A stretch of DNA of 64,000 bases from Catajapyx aquilonaris (GCA_000934665.2 KZ538055.1:62001-126000), one strand, 5' to 3'. Counted from the stretch's first letter, positions 1-14,545 are shown. Translations and numbers: made by a program. Notes: generated by a model from the sequence alone, not told the origin.

Positions 1-3000
1 TCACATCGAGAACTTGTTTTTAAACCTAGCGAATATTTGCATAAACCTGATGTGTGTCCTGTAATGAGTAGCATGTGATGATAATTCATGGGACAGGAGA
101 GATAAAAGTCGGTTTAAAAATCTGACAAAAAAAAGTTATACAGTATAGGTGTCGATTCTTGTTGAGCACAGAAGCCCCATTCAAATTTAATCCGATACTA
201 GATTCACGTACACATTGTGCGAGGACCTTAATAAAACGGAACACACATCCTGGTATGCGCTTGTAATGTCCGGATAAACTCGTTTTCTTCAAGCAACCGG
301 TTGACGCCCATTGTCGATTTTACTTTTCAGCCTCCGAGAGCAAGGTTTAACCCTCCTCATTGAGTCACGTATAGGCCATCACCGAAAAGAAATTCAGGAA
401 GTTGGACTCGAATGGATCTGAAGAATTTGGGGGGGCCCGCTGCGATTATCGGAAATCATCAGAGAGATATTATTACAGTATACTGATCCGCGTTGTAGGG
501 TTTGGCATTGGGAGAGGTCACTATCTGGAACACTGCTGGGTCATAACAGTTTTGCACGCCATATGTGTATGCAGCCTATATGTCCGTTATTCCGCTCTGG
601 AATAATCTGCCATACATGAAACGTACTTTTTTTTACTGCATTCTGAGGGAGTGATGTGGCAGCCAGTTATACTCCGTTACGTAATAAGTTTTCAGGTAAT
701 CATAAATGGGATTAGGAGAACATTACCGCATGATAATATGTTAAATACATTCTATGACCCTTCTGCGTAATTATGCTGTGTTCTGAGAGAAAATGCGAAG
801 TTTTAGACCGCTCAAAATGTGTCCAGAAGGCAGCAACGTGCTTCAGTTTTAGTGAGGGCTAATGTACTAGCAGCTGCGCCAATAATTGCTAATTGGCACC
901 AGAATTCTTCCAGGTTGTCTGCCGGTGACCTTGGGCAGAGCCAGACTTCTTCTTGGGCTGGAGCAGTGGGCCAGGTCAGACACGTGGGGACCAGACAGGC
1001 AGCCAGGAGGACCCTTAAGAGTTTCTTTTCAGTTCAAGATCAATGATGCCTAGTAGTTGCCTACCACTTGCCAAACTCGATTGTTCGTGTAGCCGGGCAT
1101 CACATACACTCGGTAAATTACAGCCTCCGTATACCTGAGTGCACTGCTTCTGTAATCACACTTCGAGATGACGACACATGATACAGGTCAGTTTTCTAAC
1201 CAAAGGCGGAAACAGATTTATTTCTGATGCAAAAAAATGAGGAGGGTGGTGCTCACGATTATTGAGGTAATGCTACACATTAGAATTGTTGATGACGCAC
1301 TTGGTGACCGCGGTCGATTCATGTCCCACGATTCGTTCTGATAGCATGTACCACTACGTTTTGAACCAGGTCAATTGTTGTGAATATCAATAAATTGGTT
1401 TTGGTATAAGGAAGAAGTGATGGGACCGCTGCCAGTTGCCATCAACAAAATAAGGACACAACAGGAGTCATCGTTGCCATTTTGTTGTCTAAAAAATCAG
1501 TTATTTGAACGAATTGATCTTGCCAATGATTCAATTTTATTGTTGCAAAAGTGGCTAGATGGGTCGTTTTGACGGGGAGACTAATCAGATTACTCCTTAA
1601 TAGGATCTCAATTTGGGTTTTTGTCAAACGAAACCTGTGCTCTTCTCAGTACACGTGACTTCAGATTGATGCCATAAAACCTGATCATTTTTACTGCGCG
1701 ATTATAACGTACTAACAACATGTCAGCCCTTTTAAGAAGCAGCATTTAGTACACCTATCAGTTCATTACTGCTGATGACAAAGTGCGTTTCAACAATGAT
1801 TATACTCGGGTACTGTTTATTGCGACAATCAGGTAATTTGCGAATAAAGTGCGAGTGTAGAGCCAGGTACCGTTTAAGTGTCAACCTAGAATAGGCAGTC
1901 TTTACGTCGCCCGACAACAATACTGTGTACAGTTTGACCTACTGTAATTCTGTCAGGTTAATTGCTCACCAAGCTCATGATGTGCACCAGGTTTGAAAAA
2001 GTTCTGATTTCGGGCGCCATGAACCACGACATGCACTGGTCCGTGCCGCGGGGGGATCTGATGACCACTTTCCGGGTCAAGACCTCTGCCAACAATGCAC
2101 ACGTGAAATATCGAGAGAGTTAAATGAAGAGGTTGTTGAAGATCAATCAAACACTTCCATTGTTAGATCTCAAACTCGGCCACCATGTGTAGTTACAGTA
2201 ATTAAAATCGAATTAAGGTGCTCGCAAGCAAAAATAAATCACTGTCACCGAAATTAGTGCAGTTGGTGACGTCACTGATTGCAGTGACACAAATTGGCTC
2301 AGATGCTGAGGGGATGTTCTCACGTTCATCCAACCATTACAACCGCGTACGGAGTCTGATGGGATCTGCAAATCGGAGGATGACTTTTCAGACCATTGTT
2401 GCATTGGAATAATTGACATATGTCTCTTTTTTTCTTGCTTGCAGTTTTGTACAGTGTAAGGAACCGCTTTTGCGAATTCTTCGTTTGCCAAAAAAACAAA
2501 CAAACACATGCTCGCTTATTCAGATCTGGATCATGTCCTTGTGTAATCAATTCAGGTCAGTTCCATGCGAAATTTCTTGGCCCTCAGCCCTGGCTTCCAG
2601 GAAACTGCGAATTCTTTTTGCGACCTCATTGTATACATATTTGCCCATATCGTCCGAAAATGAAGGTGTGCATAAAATTAAGTCTTGAGAAAAATAAGGA
2701 AACAACGGCACAGTGTACACAAACATTGTTATACATATTATGAATACCTGCTGCGGTGTAACAACAACTGACCTTTCTGTTTGAACAATATTAAACAACA
2801 ATATATACCTACTTTCATAAACAAAATGCGGTTCGGTGTGATCCACATTGAAGTATCTCACCCAACAACAATAACCTTTTTTGTGCAATACACGACTGAC
2901 TGAATGTTACATTGTCTGGCACGGATGAAGGGCATCCATGCGCTACAACACTCAACAAACATTACTTATTATAATTTATCAGATTTTGCAATAGGGTTAG

Positions 3001-4881
3001 TTCTCGAATTTTCTCAGTGAATTGGTTCTAATAGCAGCATAAGTGTTGAATTTGTTCGTATGACTGCATATAACTCAAGGTGAAGAATTACTTTGTGCCG
3101 CGCTAGTAATAAATTTCCGTGTAATTATAACCGAAGCCTCTGGGTTGCTTCAAAATGAAAGCAATTTTATTGCTGTCACGAATATTTGAAGTAGGCCTTT
3201 CCAACTTCAATAAAACAATCGGAGCGTGCCCAGATGTCGTTTAAGCAAATTATTCTCCAGAGAAAAGTGCACTAAAATATCAATCAACTACGAAATATAT
3301 TCGAGGGTGTGAATATTATCATTTAGTGTATAGAATAGAAGCAATTATTCCTGCCAGTTACATTTTATGATAATTAAGTGCTCTCAATTTGTTTTAAAAA
3401 CGCCCACTTCCATATTGTTTGTTTCAGGATTTTACGGATCTTGCACCCTTCAATATGTTTGGCACCGATCTCAGAGGAATTGCATGCAACCCGACAACTT
3501 TCCATCGTCACATCCTCCAGTCTAATGAGCTAATTCACACTGCAATTTAGCATTCCAAATGGAGCGAGGAAATCCTCCTTCATTGCCCGATCTATCACAT
3601 TCAATCCCAGTCCTCATTTTTGTCTCTTTTTCTCTCACTCCCACGACGACGTGGTCACGATTTTCGCAAGTAATTTGGGCCCTGTAAAATGGCAGATTTT
3701 TCTTCTTCTGCTCAGTCATCGTGACCGGAGATCATCGTCGCACGGCAGCAGATGGACACTGACCTTCAAGCGTGACAGGCCAAAAGCTAGGAAGAAACTT
3801 TGAGGTTCCTCCGCGAGATGGAAGTGAACAACATGTGTTATTACACTCGGTGAAAAATTACTGGCGCCACGATGCGGGTATGTCTTCAACTTATACGTTT
3901 TTGCAAAAAAAAAAAATTATTAAAAAATTGCAGCTTAAGCAAATGCAAATAAAATTTTTCCCAGATCTGCCGGAAGTGCAATAGAAGAAGCAGGCGGTTT
4001 TTGAGAAATTATGATATGGATTAATATATTCTATGATCAGGTAAAGCCTGATCACAAATGGATTATTTGGTGCATTTATTAGGTAATATCATGTAAGGTC
4101 ATACCGCAGAGCAAACCAAATGAAGCCCTTCATTTCTCAATGCATTTTAGTTCCACTCTCCTGCGGTCAGGAGCACAGTCTAATAAGGTCAGGAGCGTGG
4201 TTAGGAGAATCCGTGGGAGAGAATCAGACAGGCGCAATCAGGGTCACCTAAGCGTCAGGATGAAAGTTGCAGTCCGAGTCCTCATGATGAAGTAAAGGAG
4301 TGGTGACGTCAGGAGGGCGTGGGTGGATGTACGAATAGGCCAATATTGTGAAGTTGCAGAATAATTTTTTAATGGCAAACTTAAATGCACCGTCTAGGAT
4401 TTCTTGTAGCTGAGCAAAATAATTTTCATTGGAGAACATAACTTGTAATATTATAGAAGCAAGTTTTCCTGTCTGAGTTGTGACTTGATAATGGATTGAA
4501 TTTGCATTTGCAAATTACAAATAGGAAAGGGAAAAAAATTCTTCACCCTTCTGCCTTCCTACGCCCATGCATTTGAAAGTTCTTCTTAATTTGTCAATTT
4601 CAAACCCTTACCTGGTTTTCAGAAGACGAGGATGTACCGCTCATAATCCATTGGGTTGTGTGGTACTCGGACCATATGGTTAGGACATAATGGAGAATTT
4701 GAGACTTAAGTTTTATCAGCACAATGAATGGCTTTGTAATACATGAAGAAATACAGATTTAGTATGCGAAAATAACGACATCATAATATACGGTACTTTC
4801 GAGTTGGGGTGAAGACACGACCAGATTTACATTGAATTCATCGGAAATTTTGCCAAGTTCGTCCCTATCATTATGCTCGCG

Positions 4882-5028
4882 ACTGTATAGCCTACATGAT
4901 TCCTGAGTTGGCCTACCGCATTTATTTTGTGTGTGCTGACCATGTAACTGAGGGAGCCTCAGTTACATGGTCAGCACACACAAAATAAATGCGGTAGGCC
5001 AACTCAGGAATCATGTAGGCTATACAGT
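4882..5028. repeat. Perfect inverted repeat: two 72-bp arms (4882-4953, 4957-5028) with a 3-nt GAG loop
   Basis: Left arm ACTGTATAGCCTACATGATTCC...CATGTAACTGAGG is the exact reverse complement of CCTCAGTTACATG...GTAGGCTATACAGT, checked base by base. Confidence 0.97.
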
Positions 5029-6088
5029 ATTGCTTGTTAAAAGTAAAGGGAAAGGTTAAATTTCCGAATGAATTAAAATTATCAAAACCATTAAAATGAT
5101 TATAAGAATAATACGTCTAATTAAAATTCATAAGAATATTGCCCTTCTGGTATAACCTTGGCAAAATGACCGGCGATGTAGGCCTACTGGTCTATATAAG
5201 CAGATTTGATGCATCAGGATCTGTCGCAGTTAAAGTCAGAAAACCGGGTTTTTCATAATGATACCGTCAAACCCGCGAGGTTGAAACTCCGGCCTGCGGA
5301 AATATCGCTCTCTCGCCAAAGTTTTACAAATGATGATAATTTCCTGGGAGTGCTCACTGAATTGAAATACACAATTTTATTCTATTTTTAAATGAATGAT
5401 GCCGGTATCTGCATTCCATCGGTCAATTCAGTCTCAATAATATTGTGGACAATTTTCATTACAGTAATTTAATGTCAACTCAATTGAATGCAGTCAAGTC
5501 AAGTTAGGCTAGTTCGTCAATCATTTTGCTTGCATTAATTCAATTCAGGTACAGATGTGATAAACAACAAATCATTTTAAAGTAAGTAATTTATGACTGT
5601 CATAAACGGCCGTCAGCTCAATTTTATTCCACAGTTTGAAATTAACTCGAAATTGGTGTGCCATCTGTGTAAGTGCATGTCCATCGTTTATGTAGACTAC
5701 CCAGAGTGATGAATATTCATTTTCAGAAATAAAGCCATTTACATCATATACAGTAGGCTATCTAATCTGCGATATTTCATACATGTTAATTCTCTGTTTA
5801 ACTGCATAGCATTTATTACAACGTTTATTACTGCATCTGTATAAACAAACGTGTAACCATTTATGCGCTGTGTCACGTCAATTAGCTATTTCACCAGCAG
5901 GCAGTCGTAAATCAAATCATGTTTAAAAATTTCAGTACAGTAATTGCAAATGAATATTTAAAACCTAAAAAATTTCCTGTCAGTCAAATATGACTTATGG
6001 ACATCATGAAGCAATGTCTTACTTTCTTTGGTAATGGAGGAAATCATCATTGGCAACTTTAAAGAATCGAGTTACTTACATTTCCATT

Positions 6089-6167
<79 letters not shown>

Positions 6168-6177
6168 CGTCGTCGTC
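6089..6177. repeat. (GTT)25 microsatellite followed by (GTC)4
   Basis: Read directly; it explains the poly-Asn ORF 6076..6312(-). Confidence 0.97.
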
Positions 6178-9100
6178 TTGGCATGAAATTTGAATTGACC
6201 TCCATTCTTTTGCTATTCGGTTGTTACGGTCGTGGACACCAGATGGCTCTACCTGCCATTTCTGTTCCCAACCAAGTGTCCGTGTTCCTCGTCGGATGGC
6301 GGAAGTGTGCATTTACTCACCTTCGACCTATTTTGCAATCCTTTTGTTGCGCCAAATTCAAATGCAAAAAGCGGGTATGTGGTTAATCTAATGGGAGCAC
6401 ACAATGATGCCTCGTGTGTTAATGGGGACTCCAGGCAACTCCACGTCTAGAAAATGTAACCAGTGGCTAATGTCACCATCAGAAATGAAGACTAATTCCC
6501 TCTATTGTCAACGGTATGCTTCTGCTAGTGGCATCATACTCATTACTTTCCTTGGTAACATTTTTGCCGATGAATATGCTGTATTTTGCATGAGGAAATC
6601 TGTCAAAAGTGTAAAAAAAAGTGTTCGTTGCATACCATAGGTGCACAAAAAAGAGTGCAATGATTTACACCGACTTTGTTCTCTGGGTGTAATTTATCTC
6701 AATATTTAGAGCCATATTGTAGCCTACATCAGGAGACGTTATGGACTGTTAACTCCAGCAGCAACCAGTTTATAAAGAATCAGTTTGTAAAAAAAACATG
6801 CCGGTTTATAGTTTACAGTCAACAGCTCATGAGGAGGGAAGTGGGGAAGGTGTTACATACACTGCCATTGATGCGCACGCATTATTATAGGAGATTAGGG
6901 GCTCTAAAGAGTATCAGATTCCAGCGATGGATTTGGTTGCTTCTGTTTTGGTTGGTAGGGGCGAATTATCTTCTCCGGCCCTAACTGTGCCCATTGACCC
7001 GGTGGAGCGGCATAAAACCCTCTTGAATCGAAGGTGTCAGCTATAAGTCTCTCTTCGAACGCCCCCCAATGATTCCGAGGCGGCGGAAATAAAATTAATC
7101 ACCGAGATATATGTACGGGGGATGGGTTGCCGGCCAGCGCTTGAATGGGCCATGGAGTGCCGAGAGGGGCTTAATATCCCATAAATTAAATGGCCTCCGT
7201 CGACAAGTGTCACCCACATCTGCAGACTTCAGAGCAGCCAGTGCACAGGGTGTCCCATAACATGCCCATAACACGATGAGGATCCGCAGGTGCCGCTGCA
7301 ATAATGATTTTCTTCTCCGGCCACCACCAGACAGCCACGAGATTTAATACAATAATTTTCTTCTACTGTCCCGGTTTCCCTCGGGTGTAACGGTGTCCGT
7401 ACCCTGGTCATAAGGCAGTGTTGATGACCCACAAGGAGAGGCAAGTGCAAGAGCCAGAAGAGGGGAAGGACGCCCAGACCACTGCCTCATCCTTATTCCC
7501 ACATGAGCAAGCCCACGTGCTGCTTACATAAAAAGGTGACCGAATTTGGGACGAAGGGTAAAGGCCGACCGGGAACGAATACCAAGCAAGGCCAGTGTCA
7601 GCCACTTCTGACGTAATGGGGAGGTACTTGTTATAGTAACCTCCACTGCACAGCAAATAAAGATCGGGATGCTGTCGGCCTACAGTGGCCCTTTATACAC
7701 TGCATGGCTGGAGGACGAAAAAAAGAGTTGCGGACAGGTTCCACGTACTTCTGTTGCTTTTATTGTAAACAGTGTGCCGGGTAGAACAATCAGCATGGAG
7801 TTGTTCAGGGCAACACCACTGGAGCAGTGCGCAGACCACTGGAGAATGAATGGTAAACTACCGAAGGCAAAGGACCACAACGGATTTTTTTTGCGATCGT
7901 CGGCTGTACGTAGCAGTGCATTAGCGAAATGAATTATTGGTTCTCGATCGGCATTTTCGCGCGTTATTGCAATGGGAGACGAGGGAACGCAATATGCACC
8001 CAGGCGAACGCCCTTGCCATAGTTCAAGGCCCTTTTACTCGAGCAATTGCATTGTGATCCGTATGTAAAATAATAATAACAGAGATTCAACCTCCCAGTA
8101 AATATTGGTAGGCAACGAATGGAATGAAAGAAGAAAATATGTGTGACATCATCCGTTGTCATCTCCTGGCAACTGGTTTTTCTTCGAATTTTGTGACACG
8201 TGCAGAAGGAATGAAGCAGTATATCCTCAGGGGGAAAAAAGAACTAAGCTAACGGTTTAGTAAGTTTCCTCTTACTCATTTTACGACACCGGTGTCGAAA
8301 AAAAGGCCACTTTGGACTATCCAGATTATATGATCTCACTAGTTCCACTTTAGTTCTTCCCCATTTATTCTTCTCCTTTTCCTTTTCTCTCTCTCTCTCC
8401 CTCTTTCTTTCGAAGATGAGATTGAGTTTTTGAGGTGGGGGTGGAAAGGTTGTGGGGAGGAAGATGGGATGAATCCTCGGGGCGCACAAAGGAAAAGCGG
8501 GCCAGTGTTTCTGAGTAGGTTATGACCAGAAGCGTGAAACGAGCAGCTTCGCAAAAAGACAAGAAAATTCTCCTATCGCCTGCTGGAAGCGACCGGAAAA
8601 AAATTATTACAAATTTTTTCCTCCCCTTCTTTCCGGTCTTGACCTAATAACCGGAAACCCACCGACTCGTTTCGGGCTACACCGAATCGTGAGTGCAATT
8701 TTTTTATTGTAGAATTTCACGTGTGCACATGCAAAACACGTGTACTGCACTCCGAGAGCAATTGTTGTTCCGGGGGTCTGACATCTTTCGTTATATCGAC
8801 GGCCCTAACAATGGCCAGGATAATTCCCCTTTGTTTCAGGAGCACAATTGCTGGCCTAGTTTGTTAAATTATGGTGGGAGCAGGCTTAGCGCCGATTGAT
8901 CGTATTTTTTTAAAAAATTTCTCGGGTATCCGGATCATCGCAAAAACTTATTTTCTCTGGAACATTTTTACGAAGCACATTGCTCGTCATTGTTGGCGAG
9001 TCTAGAGCTCCGGCGTGGAAATTTTGCTGCGGATTGGGGCGAGGATTCGGCGGTAACGTTGTTAACGATCTCTTTGTGCAAAGTGGCCCCAAAATTTTCG

Positions 9101-12100
9101 CAGCTTTGATTATACAGATTGGCCCCTTTAAAAAAAAATAGTTGCCAGCAATTACGAGGCTCCTTTGTGTAGCTCGGCCAGTGTTTTTGCAGTTTCATGT
9201 GATCTATGCGACGATTAGACCGCATCTAATGGCTTTGTAGTGGCGAAATATTGAGAGCCAAAAATATATTGGATTGACCAATTTTTTTAAAAAGTCCATA
9301 AAAAATCAAAGCAGCCAGTGCATTCCGTGCAGTTGCTATCCAGTAAAACAATTTGTGCGAGCCATAAAGCAGCTAGTCCGAGACGTCTGCTCGTTAGCAA
9401 CAGGAGGTCTCTTCTTCTGCTTCTGGTGCAATAAGATTGCATGCTCCGTTATCTAGAGTGTACATTTTTCTCGCCTGGCCCTCGAAACCCTGCTCTATAG
9501 AACTTCATAGCACTACTTCCTACAGGTATATATCATTATTGTGCACTCACTCATTTACTAGGCCTTGCCCATCACATGATACGCTGCACGACATCATTTA
9601 TTTTAGTCGTTTATTTTCACCGACGATGACTTTATTGGACAACGAGCGTTCGGTGGCTGGATTTGCACTGATATTGGAAACGTGTCAGAACCGCTATTTT
9701 TCAAAAGTTCGGCGGCGGATGGATTGGCAAAAAAAAAAAAAAAATCAGACCAAATTATTTTGGGTTTATTAAAATTCAGAACGGGCGTAAGTCACCATAT
9801 GTTACTGACTGATTTATGTTTTGAAGGCTATAGCAGACAGTGCCTATAAGGGGAACAGCTGGGACTAACAATTAGGCCTACCCAATGCAGTGCATAAAAT
9901 CGAGTCTTTCATGCTGAACTTCAGAAATGCACTGAAAATCGTAATGGGGCAATAAGCAAAAAAAAGCGCCAACTTTTTGCGAAATGCCAATCAAGAACAA
10001 TAATGCTTGTGCAATGTACAGTACAAGGACAATAACAGCGCAGGGGAAACTGTTTATTGCTCTCAGTGTTCAATTATTACTATTATTTCAAGAGAAACAA
10101 TGTCGATCAAATGTCTTCGTGTAAGAGGTCAACACACTTCACCAGAAAATAGCGGAAGATATAATATTAAATAATATGAAAATATGAAAAAGGGCGAAAT
10201 TAATTACCTCCTTACATTATTTAGGAAAGAGAAAAATTCACACTAATTAATATGTTAAATATTATACGAATAATGTCATTTTGGCTTTTATGGAATGACC
10301 ATTAATTCGCTTTTTCTTCATTTTTTTCAGGCATGACAAGTCTGACTAATTATTTACGGACCCGTGGAAGTATTTTGAATCGACAACAAAACGTGTTTTA
10401 TGAGTATGCCTTAATTTTTGGTGCGAATTATGACTGATGTTGAATGACCCGAATTTAATTAGTTAATTACTCGGCCTCATTACTCGGTGCACCGGACGAT
10501 AAAATACTGCTCATCTTTGCTCGGTGAGTAATTAGCGACAGGATGCCAGAAACCAATAGGCCGCGTAACTCAACGTCACGTTTGAAAGTCCCATAAATGA
10601 AATTGAAACTGAAAACTGGTGAAAAATGAAGTGGAATACGGTGAACAGCATTGTTCCAGCAACACAAACATGAGTTATGTATACGTGTACTGTCTCGCTG
10701 TATATAACTTTACAATGACCACCATTAAATAAACACCCAATAAATTGAAGCGAAAATCGAGTGTCGAACAATCTGCGGTCCACGCGACTGGCGAATCGTT
10801 AGTAATTAAAATGTAATTGAGCTTAAAACAATGGCGCATAATTTTAATTCACCCGCGCGGTGCTTTCTGTGCGGTGCGCGGTGGGAGAGTTGACCTCTGA
10901 CCGACGCATTACGCCAGATGCAATCAACCTGCAATTTTATCAATTCGGGAGAGCCACGATGTGTTTGGCCAAGTCAATTTGGGGCTGCTTTGCTTAATTG
11001 CAAATGAAAAAGCCGCTTTTGAAGAGCACGTCTCTGAACTGGGAACTGCTGGACAAGTTGCGAAAATCAATTGGCCAAATTCAATCGGATGCCTTTTGGG
11101 TGATTTGCATGGTGCGGGAAAAGAGATCATTTGAGTGGTGATCGAAAAGGGTTGGTTGCTGGTATATAGTAGGGGGGAAAAAAGGGGAGGGCCAAAACCT
11201 ACCTGTTGCCGCATTTAACTGACGCCTGAAATCCAGTTACTGAACCCGCTTTGTGCTGATGGCGGAAACTTTGGAAAGGGGCTCGCAGCAACTTTCAACA
11301 ATTATTCGACTAAACTTTGAGTCGAATTTATATGCATGGGAAGCGAACATGTCGCGACTCAAAAATCTGAAAGACAAGTGTCGTCATTAGAGGGGAAACA
11401 CTCTGAAAAGCATGCAAATTCCCAACACTTTTTAAAAATGCTGTTAACTGGAGCGGACTCTTCGGAATGTCTTAAAAATATAATTCAGCCGCTGCACTTA
11501 ATTGTTATTAATGAAGTGCCCGGTCAACCGCCCAGTTTTAATTGGCTGCAATTAGCCTGATAGCACTACGCTCTAATTCTGTAAGTCGTTAGTGACCCCC
11601 ACTTTCTTGTATGAGGTCATGGTGATGTAGGATGTAGGTAATCTGGCACCGCCCTGATTAGCAACATTGTCGCACCAAATAGCAACAAAATTTATGCACA
11701 TATGAGGATGCTACACATTTCATCACGAGTGTGGGACACCCTGTACATATACACCTGGTTTCTCTCTCGTATCGGGTGCATTCTCATGCTCTACATTTCG
11801 GAAGTTTTATTGCTGCGAGACAACAAGTGATGGCTGGAGACGAAGGAGTTAACAATGTACAATAAGACCTAAATTGCTTACTGAAATTTACAGTTTCTCG
11901 AGTTGGGCTTCTTTTTGCAGAAAACAAGACTGTTCTTTCACCTTGGAAGATTGGACGTATGCTGACTGAAAATGACTGCAATTGCATTTTGTCAGTAAAA
12001 AAAAGGAAGAGAGAGGCGAACTTGGCAATCTCAGTGTATTCGACAAAATTAGTCCTCATCTGTGATTGGCTATTTGAGTCACACGCCGTTCAGACTGAGA

Positions 12101-12233
12101 CGTGATTCTTTTCGATGCGAATCGCCGCCATGAATTCATTCATGAACTTATTAGCTAGAGACTCGCATCTCACATTTCTCCATCTTGGAAGAAAAAAAGA
12201 ATCCGGTGATTCCATTTCCATCTGTTCGCCCCC

Positions 12234-12303
12234 CCCCCCCCTCCCTTTTCAGTGGAAAAGAAGAAGANCCCCCCCTCCCTTTTCAGTGGAAAAGAAGAAG
12301 AAG
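12234..12303. other. ~34-bp direct duplication either side of a single N; probable scaffold-join artefact
   Basis: CCCCCCCTCCCTTTTCAGTGGAAAAGAAGAAGA occurs immediately before and after the N at 12268. Confidence 0.7.
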
Positions 12304-14439
12304 CCTGAAAATGCGACTGGAATTATTTTCCCCAGAGAGCCGTGCTGGAAGATGAATAAATCTGGTGCTCAAATCGGATCCCCTCCTCTCCGCTCCAGAC
12401 TGGTCCTCATCAGAAGAAGCTGCAGGGTTATGGAAACGAAGGTGCATTAACAAATTGAGGGCACAATCAGCATTCTACTGGAGCACAATCGGAAAGGTGT
12501 TGCCTTCTTCATATTAAAACCATGCAATAATTATTATCCTCGAGGGGATGGAAGTGTCATATATAGGCTGTGTCTGCACACCTGTTGTTATCTGAATGGC
12601 CCTGGCCCAGCCTGTGAGACTCGTTAATGAACCACCCTGTATCTTATGAGGATTGCGGAAAAGGGGGTTTGGGTGGAGAGTCAGCCTTGGGGGCCTCCGC
12701 TGATTCACTGGAAAGGAGGGAAAAAAAGGAGGTCAATTACCTGCCGGACCTGGAAGTGATCTTGACCTGAAGACCACGGAGGAATCCTGTCCGCATCGGA
12801 GGAAAAGACTTTTGAAGGGAATACGGCACGTACACGGCCAAGTTGCTTATGTCATAACAGATGAATGAATGTAAACTGGAGGAGAGAGAAAATTTCAAGT
12901 TCATTCAGGAGTTTGGCCAAGTTGCGCAATGTTATTGGTTTCGCGGTTGTAAAGAGTTTTTTTTTTCTTCTTCTTCTTCTTTCCTTTCAGTGGGGTTGGT
13001 CAGCACCTGAACTGGGAGAGGGGGTCCAACTATGCAATAAAACCCATTAATTGAGGGCAATTTTGATTTACTGATTCAGAGGTGACAAAGAGCCAGCCTT
13101 TCAATTTTTCAACGGGGCAGTAAATTATTCGTACTTAGCAGTATTATATGCTACAGGAACATTAAAAATATTCCGCCTGGTACGGGACAGGTGTCCGATC
13201 TATATCCAGGTTCAGTCACGGGCAAGTTTCATGACGGTTTACCATTTTTCAAGTTCAACAACACTCCAACTAAACACTACAAAAGAGTTACACCGAGCGT
13301 GATATTTGGTGTAATTTTTTATCGATATGAAAAAGAACATTACCAAGATAATACTCTCACCTGGATAAAATATATTGATTTTGGCAATACCATATAACTA
13401 GGTTTTAATGTATTTCATTTTCATGCAATGAAAAATGCAATATTTTAATGCAAGTTGTACGGGACTCTATACTGATGAGAAAACATGCCTTTTAAATATG
13501 GATATGTCTAACAAGCTATAAAAACAAAACATTAGTAGTTTTTTTTAAAATGCTTTGTGAATTTTCTGTAATGAACTACGTTTGGGCAGCAGAAAGTAGG
13601 TTACCTACATTATTCTGTGTAATTAGATTGTGAAATCATGTGTCAAATTAGCTCCATTAAAAAATTATTGTTTGTGTAATTAAAAACTTTAGTGGACAAA
13701 AAGTATGGCAATACTTATGCCAAATACTGTATATGAAATAATATGAAGCAATATGTCACAAGCAGTTAGTGATTTTTTTTGAAGAACTTTTAATTTAATG
13801 CACATCTGGGTCTTCACTCTAATACATTCCGAGTAATGGTTGAACTGTATATTTTCCATAAATTTTCCTTTATAATTTCGCTTACATTGAGAGTTGAGGA
13901 CTGAGGCTATTTTAGAATTTTGGCAAACTAAAAATATATATAACTTTCAGGACTTGACATTTCTGTGCAAATGGCAACCAAAGGTTTTTTTTTTGTAATA
14001 AGGTCTACATGTCGAGCAAAAGTTGAACCGCCTTTCAAATGAGTTTCAATTGAAATATTTTATTCATATGGACGGATAGAGCATGGCTGGAGGCTATTCA
14101 TTATATATACTGCACAAGAAATACCAGTTGCCTCCCGTTTTTGTAAAACTTTTAATCAGGGGTAGAATAAAACTTCCCCACAGGCACATTTCAGGCAATA
14201 GTTCTGCACCATTATTTCAGGACGTCCAGCATAATTATGTAGTTTGGCAACGATTTTAAGCTAGCAGAAACCGTGCATTGGCATTTGCATTGCAGTTCTT
14301 TTGCATGTTGCATTTGCATGTGATAATGAGTTGGTATCTGGAAAGCTAACAGAATGCCTTCCGTATCAGCGTAGCGTTAGAGTTGCCGCAATGAATATTA
14401 TACATATATACTTATAATTAAGTATAGTATAGCTGTAGT

Positions 14440-14545
14440 GCATAATTGTAGTCCCGACATGTCATATTTTATTGGCGATTCCATTTGGCATGTGTCGAAT
14501 GGAATCGTCGAATAAAATATGACACGTCAGGGATAATTATTATGC
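14440..14545. repeat. Imperfect palindrome (~40-50 bp arms, minimal loop)
   Basis: TCCCGACATGTCATATTTTATTGGCGATTCCATTTGGCA pairs with TGTCGAATGGAATCGTCGAATAAAATATGACACGTCAGGGA; an outer GCATAAT/ATTATGC pair extends it. Confidence 0.85.

Noticed and set aside
812..1030. Minus-strand frame KLLRVLLAACLVPTCLTWPTAPAQEE that looks like a signal peptide
   Set aside because: No in-frame ATG (stop just upstream) and no convincing splice sites or further exons.
6076..6312. Poly-Asn ORF
   Set aside because: Produced by the (GTT)n microsatellite.
12234..12303. Tandem duplication as a biological repeat
   Set aside because: Centred exactly on an N next to a homopolymer, typical of an unmerged contig overlap.
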